Notes under the pieces: generated by a model
Told to the model about the DNA's origin: nothing
The model's database searches: none
The model's input: only the letters and a program-made list of their open reading frames with translations
Origin: a virus
Taxonomy: Duplodnaviria > Caudoviricetes
IMG/VR virus record: IMGVR_UViG_3300025280_000143
Span: 1 to 26,043 of that record
Reading direction: 5' to 3' (one strand)
Length of the DNA stretch: 26,043 bases
Translations under genes and position numbers: made by a program
Shown: positions 17,715 through 25,616 of the stretch, piece after piece
Layout of the letters: each line of letters opens with the position of its first letter
Position numbering within the stretch: the first letter of the stretch is position 1

Positions 17715-17995
17715 GCGAGATTGTCTATGGCGTGTGGGCTGCAAAGGGCGAGAGAGGGCGTGGGTACGAGACTCGGCTCTCTCTCGTCCAACACCGAGCG
17801 AAGTTATCTATTGACTTGCGTGAGTGGCGTAGCGAGATACACGACAAGCCCGGCCCGACCCGTAAGGGTTGGCGGCTAACACTTGATGAAGCGAAGGATT
17901 TGTACCGTGAGTTAGGGCGAGCGCTGGAAGACGGAGCGGCGAAGGAGAATGCCTTACGCCTAACTGGCGCTCTTGACGAGGGGGCAGGCGAATGA
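17711..17995 (+). CDS. PC4/YdbC-family ssDNA-binding protein
   Basis: RLSL...IDLREW...GPTRKGWRLTLDEAKDL matches the PC4 signature (vDiRew...PtkKGisL). Confidence 0.85.
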   Translation: MSEIVYGVWAAKGERGRGYETRLSLVQHRAKLSIDLREWRSEIHDKPGPTRKGWRLTLDEAKDLYRELGRALEDGAAKENALRLTGALDEGAGE

Positions 17996-18093
17996 GATGC
18001 AGACGATGCTCTCAAAGCGGCCGTGTTCATCCACTACGCAGGTTATGTTATCCATGTTGGGGGGAAGTCAATGTCCGGCGCAACAAGGGCTGA
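17992..18093 (+). CDS. 33-aa basic Zn-finger microprotein (not in ORF track)
   Basis: MRCRRCSQSGRVHPLRRLCYPCWGEVNVRRNKG. ATGA overlap. Confidence 0.65.
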   Translation: MRCRRCSQSGRVHPLRRLCYPCWGEVNVRRNKG

Positions 18094-18448
18094 GACTAAG
18101 CGTAAGGTAGTAGCCTTGTATGCACAGGGTCAAGACCACCTAAAGGTTAGACTGCGTGCTGTTGGTGACTACCTCAGCGTACCTCCCGAAGACACGAGTG
18201 ACCTGCTCGCTCTATGCTACACACTACAACAACGAGGAATGACACGCCTGTTGCATTCTCTCTTCGCTGATTGCCTGTGGGCGTATGCGATTATAAATGA
18301 CTTACCTACTGTGCGCCCTGTTCATATCAAAGACGCTACTAAGACCGTTCTCGGTATGGAGATTCGGCCTCGGCTGAAATGGCTTAACGAGCATCGTGAA
18401 TTGGTGGCGTATGCACTACGCTGTGACCTTGATGACTTACAGTGGTGA
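18071..18448 (+). CDS. Hypothetical protein
   Basis: ATG at 18071 after GGGGGA preferred over the listed GTG at 18023. Confidence 0.7.
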   Translation: MSGATRAETKRKVVALYAQGQDHLKVRLRAVGDYLSVPPEDTSDLLALCYTLQQRGMTRLLHSLFADCLWAYAIINDLPTVRPVHIKDATKTVLGMEIRPRLKWLNEHRELVAYALRCDLDDLQW

Positions 18449-18456
18449 TGCGTGCG

Positions 18457-19833
18457 ATGGCTTCTCTTATGGAAGCCTCACGGCTGGCTACATTACTACG
18501 GCGAGACGCCGACAAAGGGGTCAGTTCTCTCTATTCTCATATCCGTACCCTCGCGCGCGCGCGCGAGGCGAGCGAAATTGCGGACATAGCGGAGTTCCTT
18601 TATGGGCACAGGGTGATGGGTGCCGACCGGTTGATGTCAATAGTCGGTCGGTGCGTGGGTGTGTTCGGCGAAGAGTGGGACGAACTACTCTCTTCTGTAG
18701 TGCAAGCGGGCAACCCTCTCGTACCCCTGCTCGCAAGCGAGTCACCTGTGCGACCGAAGTGGCCCCTGCGATTGACTATACCCGAAGCCACCCTGCTCCT
18801 CTACGACCTGCAAAAGCGAGACGAAGAGGCTCGTGTTGTTGAGACTATATTCACACGGGTCGGGCGTGAAGAGGCTACCCTGCTATGGGCGAGGGTGCTC
18901 GGTGAGTACCCGCCCATCAGTAAGGGTAAGTTCCTTCGGTGCATAGCAAAGTGTAGTGGCTACGACCCGACAAGGATACGGGAGGCCGCACGCTTCCACG
19001 GCATCGGTGCCGTAGTCAAGAGTGCGCTGGAGGAGACGCTACCGAAGGCGCATGAACTCACAGCGGGTCAGCATTTTACCCCCGCAGTGTACAAGCGATG
19101 GGTGAAATGGCACCCCCCTTACGAGCGTACTGCATACGATTTGGTAGAAGGCGCCCGTGTTTTTGTGCATCGTAGCGCTGACGGAGAGTGGGTGTACCGC
19201 AGGTCGGGTGAGCGCTGGGCTATCCATCCACCCGTAGAAGGGCTATGCGATTGCGATGAGATAGTAGCAGAAGCAGAAGAGAGAGACGGGCGACTCGTAG
19301 TCATGGATACCCTGCACTGCACTAACAAACCTCAGTGTTGGGCACTCTCATACGCTGAAAGAACGACCAACACACGACTCATTCGCGACCATTCTCACCT
19401 GCTTTCTCTCGTGCGTAACCTGCCACGCAGTACCACACTTAGACTAATTGACGCTGACGCTGCGTACTTTGACAGCGAAGGCATGGGTGGCTACATCGCA
19501 CCCGACTCACTGTTTGAAATCCCCTTACTTCTTACCCGCGTTCGCACCATAGACGGTGAGGGTGAGGTGTGTCTATCTATCATGGATGGGTTTGACGCAG
19601 AGCAAGTCGCCTGTATCAGATGCCCTCCCGACATACTACGCGTCCCTCGCCTGCAAAGTTATCTCACTTCGCGATGGGTTGATGTTGAAAATCTCGGTGT
19701 AATTCTCGTGTGTTTAGCCTTCGGGTACCACGATTCTGTACTCGTATCCCCCAAAATCGTGCGCCTTGACGGGTCACTCGGTATCAGTGACACGATTCAA
19801 AAGGGAGACCTGCTTGCGATAAGCAGTGAGTGA
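18457..19833 (+). CDS. Degenerate, probably inactive ATP-dependent DNA ligase homologue
   Basis: Helical N-terminal domain, then YDLVEGARVFVHR (motif I KxDGxR position), WVYRRSGE, IVAEAE, VVMDTLH, FEIPLLL and LVSPKIVRLDGSLGISD (motif VI LRFPRFxRxRxDK position) in ligase order. Start may be 18448 or 18457. Confidence 0.7.
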   Translation: MASLMEASRLATLLRRDADKGVSSLYSHIRTLARAREASEIADIAEFLYGHRVMGADRLMSIVGRCVGVFGEEWDELLSSVVQAGNPLVPLLASESPVRPKWPLRLTIPEATLLLYDLQKRDEEARVVETIFTRVGREEATLLWARVLGEYPPISKGKFLRCIAKCSGYDPTRIREAARFHGIGAVVKSALEETLPKAHELTAGQHFTPAVYKRWVKWHPPYERTAYDLVEGARVFVHRSADGEWVYRRSGERWAIHPPVEGLCDCDEIVAEAEERDGRLVVMDTLHCTNKPQCWALSYAERTTNTRLIRDHSHLLSLVRNLPRSTTLRLIDADAAYFDSEGMGGYIAPDSLFEIPLLLTRVRTIDGEGEVCLSIMDGFDAEQVACIRCPPDILRVPRLQSYLTSRWVDVENLGVILVCLAFGYHDSVLVSPKIVRLDGSLGISDTIQKGDLLAISSE

Positions 19834-20170
19834 CCACGAGTCTTTCTTTCTTGGATGGCTGGCGCGGGAGTGCCGGTTCCATTGTACTATCCATTTCACG
19901 CCGAAGGCTATGCTCGGCTACACCCCTGTTCGCAAAGCGATAGCGTCCCCGCAACTTGAACCCGATTTACAGACATGGCTCAAGAGTAAAGGCATAGAGC
20001 ATCGTCATATCCATACCAAAACTGAACTGCGGCGCTTACTACATCTCCTCTCACCGGTGAGAGAGCAAGTCAAGGACAAAGAAAACATGGATAGGCTGAC
20101 GAAAATGCTGGACAAACCCCTACGGGGTTTGAGCCACGAAGAACTGTTTGAGGTATTCTCGGTTTTCTAA
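19826..20170 (+). CDS. Degenerate single-motif LAGLIDADG-like protein
   Basis: FFLGWLARECRFHCTI....MLGYTP resembles (Y/W)LAGFxDxEGxFxxxI.....LGYxV. The C-terminal helices are I-CreI-like in spacing. Confidence 0.5.
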   Translation: MSDHESFFLGWLARECRFHCTIHFTPKAMLGYTPVRKAIASPQLEPDLQTWLKSKGIEHRHIHTKTELRRLLHLLSPVREQVKDKENMDRLTKMLDKPLRGLSHEELFEVFSVF

Positions 20171-20248
20171 CTTCTAATCTATACATTAGAATACTATTAT
20201 AGATACTTAATTAGAATCAAGAAAACCAATAAAACCAAAACTGAAAAA
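20165..20248. other. AT-rich tract with inverted repeats, candidate origin or operator
   Basis: TTCTAA(T) at 20165 and 20172, ATTAGAA at 20185 and 20210, TCTATA/TATAGA, then AAAAC(C) iterations. Appears to be the most AT-rich stretch in the window. Confidence 0.45.
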
Positions 20249-20283
20249 GTGGTTCAGTACTTAAAGCAACTACCACTAAAGAC
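20249..20283 (+). promoter_or_regulatory. Conserved viral promoter-like element, copy 3
   Basis: GTGGTTCAGTACTTAAAGCAACTACCACTAAAGAC. TTAAAG at 20261 lies 28 nt before the RFC ATG, which has no RBS, consistent with a leaderless archaeal transcript. Confidence 0.85.
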
Positions 20284-20288
20284 CAACT

Positions 20289-21293
20289 ATGCCGGAAAAA
20301 GCAGAAGTTTGGAGAGAACAGTACAGGCCATCAACCATATCGGAATTAGTTGGTCTTGAGAAATTGAAGCGAGACATCAAAGGATGGATGAAGGGTAACT
20401 CTGTATCCCGTCCCACGAACTTGTCAAGGAATGCGCCTGCCGCACTCCTCTTCGCTGGGTCGCCGGGTATGGGTAAGACTACCGTGGCGGAAGTCTTAGC
20501 CCGTGAGATGTTCGGACAGAACGAAGACTTACTCGCCACCAATTTCCATGAGTTCAATGCGTCAGACGAGAGAGGGATTGATTTCATCCGTGACAATATC
20601 AAACAAGCGGCTCGCATCAATCCTATCGGGGTGTCTCGTAAAATGATATTCCTTGATGAGGCTGACGGATTAACGAAGCCTGCACAGGAAGCACTGCGCC
20701 GTACGATGGAGAAATATAGTGACAAGACTATGTTCATACTCGCAGTCAATTCAATGCCTGCCATCATCCCTGCGATACAATCTCGTTGCGTAACCTATGA
20801 GTTCGCGCCGTACACTCAAGCAGAAGTGGCTGACCTCATGGCTCGTCTCGTATCACAGGGGGCTGACATACCTCACGAGTGGACAGACTCTTACGACCTA
20901 CTCCACTCAGCCACAGGTGGTGACCTACGGCAGTGCGTAGACCTACTACAATCTACCGCCAAAGAACCCGAAGCACTACACGAGAGGCTCGTTGGCCTGT
21001 CTCGTGACCTATCTAATCCCGCCCTATCGGTAGCGATGGGCGACTACGAATCACTACGCGTTGAACTAAAGCGATTGTCAGAAGGGGGGCTATCCAACTT
21101 GGAGATGCTTCGCCGCCTGCATCAGTTCGTACGCACGCTCGGCATGGACGCTGAGCAGTTCACATCATATTCCTCCGTTTGGGGAGACTTCGTAATGAAA
21201 GCAACGACTTGGCCGTTAAGTAGCGATGACTTTATTGACTACTTCGTGGCCGCTTTACAAGTCACCTCAGCGGTGGTTACACAGGAGAACTGA
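20289..21293 (+). CDS. rfcS: Replication factor C small subunit (clamp loader)
   Basis: [52 protein letters not shown]. Confidence 0.96.
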   Translation: MPEKAEVWREQYRPSTISELVGLEKLKRDIKGWMKGNSVSRPTNLSRNAPAALLFAGSPGMGKTTVAEVLAREMFGQNEDLLATNFHEFNASDERGIDFIRDNIKQAARINPIGVSRKMIFLDEADGLTKPAQEALRRTMEKYSDKTMFILAVNSMPAIIPAIQSRCVTYEFAPYTQAEVADLMARLVSQGADIPHEWTDSYDLLHSATGGDLRQCVDLLQSTAKEPEALHERLVGLSRDLSNPALSVAMGDYESLRVELKRLSEGGLSNLEMLRRLHQFVRTLGMDAEQFTSYSSVWGDFVMKATTWPLSSDDFIDYFVAALQVTSAVVTQEN

Positions 21294-21298
21294 ATAGT

Positions 21299-22636
21299 AT
21301 GAATAGTACAGAGAGTAATGAGAATGGAATGAATTGGCCGGACGGCGTGACCGAGAGGTTGAGTTGGTGGGCGGAGAACAATAGCAAGACGCTGGTAGAA
21401 GCGTATGCTGAGTTCATCGTGTACCTACGAGAGAATCTCGGGATTGATAGCCCGGCTGATGAAGACGGAGACTTCCTTGAGGAGTCAGCGGAAACCTTCG
21501 TGGTTATTGACGCTCGTAAAATGAGTGGCGGTAACACGATTGACTTCGTTGGTTGGTTTATCGGGGTGGACAAGAAAGTAGCAGACAAGCGTGCTGGAGA
21601 CAGGCAGACAGCAATCAATGCTGTGCGTCAAGACATGGGCGTTGCTATTGCGAACGGATTAGTGGCCCGTGCGTATGTTGAGAACGGACACTGGATGCTT
21701 GAGAGCAAGGACAGCGTGAGACAGACCGAAGAGAGCGCCGAAGGGGATGACCCGTGGTGGTTGGTTCGTGATGGTGCGCTGAACTTCGCTATGTTGCAGA
21801 CGAATAGTGAGTGGGATTCTTTCGGGAAGCCTATACGACCGAGCATGTGGTCACGCACTTACTACTTCCTCGGTAACACAACCGAGGCTTTCAATGACAA
21901 CATCGCTCTATGGGCAATACGAGTTGGCGACCCCGAAGGGCCACCATCTTTCCCGGTAGCCATCGGCGTACCTTGCAGGGTGAAAGTGAGACCTCCACGA
22001 GAGAACCAACAGACGGATATATCATTCGTGACAGCAGCAAACAAGTTCCAAACAACCATCCGATACACGGATGATTTCGTGGACGAAGCGGACAGAACCC
22101 TGCTTGCACCGGAACGCATGTGGCCTAACCACGAGATGTACTGTGACCTACCCGACTTGGGTGAGTTGTATGAAACTGGTAGCAAAATGGTTGCGGGTAT
22201 CCCTAATCCTATTGGACCGCTCGTAGTAATCAAGGGTAAGGTAACCTATGTCAACCGCGAAGGTTGGGAAGACACCTATGGTGACGACCCATCGGGTATG
22301 CGTTATCCAATGAGCATATCATCGTTCAGCCTACAGCGAGAGAACCCGGACGGGCCTCGCCGCGAAGTGTCCTGTATCATGCACGGTCACCTTGTGAAGG
22401 AGAACCATGCACTTGACTACAGAGATGGTGACCGATGGTTACCTTACGCTAACAAATCAACGGTCTTCGTATTCGGCAGACTTGGGACACGACCTATCAA
22501 AGACGACAGCGGTAATGAGATTGACCGAGTACCACGCATCAACGCACTCGGCGTCTATGCTGTACCACGACTTGTGATTCCGGCTGGCGAAGGTGGCGAC
22601 ACATCACTTGACCAATACGGCGGTGGTTCACAATGA
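21299..22636 (+). CDS. Probable RPA/SSB-like OB-fold protein
   Basis: Sits between RFC and the recombinase. C-terminal beta pattern LVVIKGKVTYV...STVFVFGRL...INALGVY and acidic Gly-rich tail. Confidence 0.6.
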   Translation: MNSTESNENGMNWPDGVTERLSWWAENNSKTLVEAYAEFIVYLRENLGIDSPADEDGDFLEESAETFVVIDARKMSGGNTIDFVGWFIGVDKKVADKRAGDRQTAINAVRQDMGVAIANGLVARAYVENGHWMLESKDSVRQTEESAEGDDPWWLVRDGALNFAMLQTNSEWDSFGKPIRPSMWSRTYYFLGNTTEAFNDNIALWAIRVGDPEGPPSFPVAIGVPCRVKVRPPRENQQTDISFVTAANKFQTTIRYTDDFVDEADRTLLAPERMWPNHEMYCDLPDLGELYETGSKMVAGIPNPIGPLVVIKGKVTYVNREGWEDTYGDDPSGMRYPMSISSFSLQRENPDGPRREVSCIMHGHLVKENHALDYRDGDRWLPYANKSTVFVFGRLGTRPIKDDSGNEIDRVPRINALGVYAVPRLVIPAGEGGDTSLDQYGGGSQ

Positions 22637-23607
22637 GCGGCGGATTCGCAGCGATGAAAGACGCAGACGATGCAGGTGAAGCGGTGGTTGATGACCTACC
22701 TACCGTTACTACAATCTCACCCGAAGCACAGAAGAGCATGTGGGACGAGTTTGAATCGGCGGCGCTTGACGACAACCACAACCACACGCTCATTCTTGCG
22801 TGGGGTGAAGAGGGTACCATGAAGACGGGGTGCGTGATGAACGCGCTGACTGAGCAAGACATCAAGGAAGGTGGGTGCATTCTCGCTGTTGATTTTGACA
22901 GCGGGGCTGCGGCCTGCCGTAGCGCACACCACCGAGACAAGTTACACAACATTCGTTGCCTCACCCCGTGGGAGATGAGTGGGGAGGGTCGTACTACATA
23001 CGACTACCCTGCTACTCACGACCGAGTCATGGACATTGGACGCACTGCTATTGAGTGGGCTATCAAACAACGCAAGCCCGACTACAAAGGCTCTCAACTC
23101 AAGTGGTTCGTTGTCACTGGTCTTGACCTATGGAACGAAGTCGCTACCAACTGTATGAAAATCGCAGACTTAGGGTCAGCACCCGATGGTATCGCTGCGG
23201 CGGTGAACCCACAATCACTCGTGGGCAATCGCTGGAACTGGCAGATTCGTCACACACGCTACCACCAACTGACTGCTGTTTGCACTACACTCATGTCGCT
23301 TGGTGTCAAGGTGTACCTTGAGACGCACGAGCAAGTCGTCTTTGAGAACAACAAGGAGACACTGAACACAAAGCCTGCTTGCGAAAAGAATCTCGTGAAC
23401 AAGGTACGACAAATCATCCACTACACAGCAGAAGAGGAGCGAGACGATGGCGGCAGTAAGACAGGTGTCGTCAATTACTGGGCGACTTTCACTAAGAGCG
23501 CAACCAACTTTGACCTGCAAGGACAGCGCAGGCTCGTTGGGGTAACACGACCGGACGCACCGAATGTCTTTCACGGGCTACCGGAACTCTCGGAGGGGAG
23601 TCTGTGA
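22633..23607 (+). CDS. Sak4/RadA-like P-loop ATPase (recombinase or annealing protein)
   Basis: ILAWGEEGTMKT (variant Walker A), LAVDFDSG, FVVTGLD (variant Walker B), GVKVYLETHE. Confidence 0.75.
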   Translation: MSGGFAAMKDADDAGEAVVDDLPTVTTISPEAQKSMWDEFESAALDDNHNHTLILAWGEEGTMKTGCVMNALTEQDIKEGGCILAVDFDSGAAACRSAHHRDKLHNIRCLTPWEMSGEGRTTYDYPATHDRVMDIGRTAIEWAIKQRKPDYKGSQLKWFVVTGLDLWNEVATNCMKIADLGSAPDGIAAAVNPQSLVGNRWNWQIRHTRYHQLTAVCTTLMSLGVKVYLETHEQVVFENNKETLNTKPACEKNLVNKVRQIIHYTAEEERDDGGSKTGVVNYWATFTKSATNFDLQGQRRLVGVTRPDAPNVFHGLPELSEGSL

Positions 23608-23942
23608 GCGAAGACCCGACAGCATGGAAAGAGCGACAGTACGAGCGAGACATGGGTTGCCCCCTTTGCGGTGGTGTGGGTACCATCATCACTCGTAAGA
23701 CGAGCGGTAGCATCCACAAACACTGCTCGGTTGATGAGTGTCAGTGGGAGTACAGCACTGCTCGCAAGGACGACTACTCATGGGTGACCGATGAGATGTT
23801 TGATGAAGCGCTATTGGAGATTTGCAGTCAAGAACGCATGATTACTATACTGCGTATAGAAGGAGTACATGAGCGACTCAAAGCACACTACAACAACGAT
23901 GTGTTAGCATCGCTTGAGGCATCACGAGGTGAGGAAGAGTGA
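23604..23942 (+). CDS. Zn-ribbon protein
   Basis: CPLCGG...CSVDEC, GTGA overlap. Confidence 0.75.
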   Translation: MSEDPTAWKERQYERDMGCPLCGGVGTIITRKTSGSIHKHCSVDECQWEYSTARKDDYSWVTDEMFDEALLEICSQERMITILRIEGVHERLKAHYNNDVLASLEASRGEEE

Positions 23943-24196
23943 AGTGTTGCATCTGTAACAAGGACATTGAAGTTAGGCGTGACGCTTATGGTAATGTGGT
24001 TTGGGAGGGTGGCAACAACGCGCTGCCTCTCGTAGAGCCGACCGACACTGAGCACGCACGATGCTGTGACGCCTGTGACTGTTTGCTGGTTATACCTGCA
24101 CGCATGAATCTCGTTACACCCGAAGCAGTGAACTTGGGTAAGGCGCTGTTGCATCAACGACAGAACCCCCCTACCTTCGGGGGTGGCGAAGAGTGA
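23939..24196 (+). CDS. Zn-finger protein
   Basis: KCCIC...GNNALPL...RCCDAC...VIPAR is a recurring phage pattern. Confidence 0.8.
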   Translation: MKCCICNKDIEVRRDAYGNVVWEGGNNALPLVEPTDTEHARCCDACDCLLVIPARMNLVTPEAVNLGKALLHQRQNPPTFGGGEE

Positions 24197-24606
24197 GCAA
24201 GCGATACAGAGTTATCCCACTTGACTCATACGACCAAGTTATAGCAGACATAAAGCGAGATTTTGACTCAGCGATTAGTCGTTGCGAGCGGCGACAATTA
24301 ACCACAGGCGATGTTGGTAGTAAGCACGAAGTGAGTTATAGTTGGGTAATAAAAAGCGAGACGCTTGCTCATTATATGGAACTAACAGGTACATCTAAAC
24401 CGACTGCATACAATCATTACGACAAAGTAAAATCGGGATACTATGAAGCGAAGAAAGGTAAGTTAGTTTTCATGCGTGAAAAGGAAGACCCATCACAGGG
24501 GCCAACTGCTACTGTGAGTATATCTTCAACTGAGCCTGTCGCAAAATCCATCATCCACAAAGCACATTGTCCGCACTGTAACGGGTTATTGGAGGTGAAC
24601 GAATGA
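24193..24606 (+). CDS. Hypothetical protein with C-terminal CPHC
   Basis: GTGA and ATGA overlaps. Looks AT-richer than its neighbours. Confidence 0.7.
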   Translation: MSKRYRVIPLDSYDQVIADIKRDFDSAISRCERRQLTTGDVGSKHEVSYSWVIKSETLAHYMELTGTSKPTAYNHYDKVKSGYYEAKKGKLVFMREKEDPSQGPTATVSISSTEPVAKSIIHKAHCPHCNGLLEVNE

Positions 24607-25349
24607 CACGCATCAGCGTAGATAAGGACGAGTTGCGTAAGTTCATTCTATCCTTCGGGTGGAATGTCAATGACTTGATACTTGACGCTAAGGAGTTCAG
24701 CCTCGTGGGTGGCGTAGCCATGCCGACACATTTCTTCACGCAGCGCATCAGCGCTACCGTGGATGAGCCGGGTCAGTTTATCATATCCGACATCGGCAAA
24801 GTCGCAGCGTTCCTACGAGCGTGTGATGGTAACAATATCATGATGTGGCAGAAGAGCAAGAGACCTCTACACCTATCCAACGGCGGAACCGAAATCACAC
24901 TACCAACCGTTGACACTGTGCGTAGTGCTATGGCGCTACCCACCGTCACGAAGTTGGTCGCTGAATCAACTGACGCCGACTGGAAATCGTGGGCCGGTGA
25001 AGCACTCAACTGCTACGGGTTGCTTGACAAAACAAGTAGCCTCGTACCTGTATCACAAATGCAAAGAGTAGTCGGTAAGGACAAAGTCTATGTCGCGCAG
25101 TTCCATGAAGAGCAACTAACCATCACGGGTGGCGACAAGACTGACGCACAGATGAGCGTGGCTCTTGACCTGCACAACGCAGACGGGCCGCCCGTTGAGG
25201 TATCCAATACCTTCGGGCCGTGGCTACCACAACTACTCAGCGCACTGCCTGCTGGAGCCTGCGAAATCTACACAGGTGACGGTAGTATATTAGCGTTCAA
25301 TCATACCGAGCGAGAGTGTCTTTTAGTAGTGATACCACAGGGGGCTTGA
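24603..25349 (+). CDS. Divergent sliding-clamp (PCNA-like) protein
   Basis: 248 aa with a clamp-like alternation of strands and helices (ISVDKDELRKFI, DLILDA, GQFIISDIGKVAAFL, NTFGPWL, LLVVIPQ), located upstream of PolB. Confidence 0.55.
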   Translation: MTRISVDKDELRKFILSFGWNVNDLILDAKEFSLVGGVAMPTHFFTQRISATVDEPGQFIISDIGKVAAFLRACDGNNIMMWQKSKRPLHLSNGGTEITLPTVDTVRSAMALPTVTKLVAESTDADWKSWAGEALNCYGLLDKTSSLVPVSQMQRVVGKDKVYVAQFHEEQLTITGGDKTDAQMSVALDLHNADGPPVEVSNTFGPWLPQLLSALPAGACEIYTGDGSILAFNHTERECLLVVIPQGA

Positions 25350-25352
25350 GAG

Positions 25353-25616
25353 GTGCAACAGATGACTAAGAAAATGGGGTCGCGGACCAACCAAAAACTG
25401 TTGAAGCGTATGCACGAAGTGCTACTTGAACACGGGCCAATGACAGCGAGTGAGTTGAGTTTCACAATCAAGACAACATTCCCACACAACAAACGATTGC
25501 ATCGTAACTCTCAGATACTAAGTCAATTGATGGTCGGTAGACCAAAGCGATTTGAGGTAGTAAGCACGAACAGTAGGTGCCATACATGGGGAGCATTACC
25601 GGAAGTGGTTGAATGA
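25353..25616 (+). CDS. Probable winged-helix DNA-binding protein
   Basis: Basic. EVLLEHGPMTASEL...SQILSQLM...FEVV...TW. Confidence 0.6.
   Translation: MQQMTKKMGSRTNQKLLKRMHEVLLEHGPMTASELSFTIKTTFPHNKRLHRNSQILSQLMVGRPKRFEVVSTNSRCHTWGALPEVVE

Noticed and set aside
18396-18842. 148-aa alternative-frame ORF and the GCGCGCGCGCG run near 18553
   Set aside because: It lies inside the ligase-like gene. The run simply encodes ARARE there.
19826-20170. Intron- or intein-borne active homing endonuclease
   Set aside because: It is a free-standing ORF with its own start and stop, no interrupted host gene or splicing motifs, and a degenerate motif.
4311-20283. The 35-bp repeated element as a CRISPR repeat or mini-array
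   Set aside because: Copies are kilobases apart with no spacers and no cas genes. Each lies upstream of a gene run, as a promoter would.
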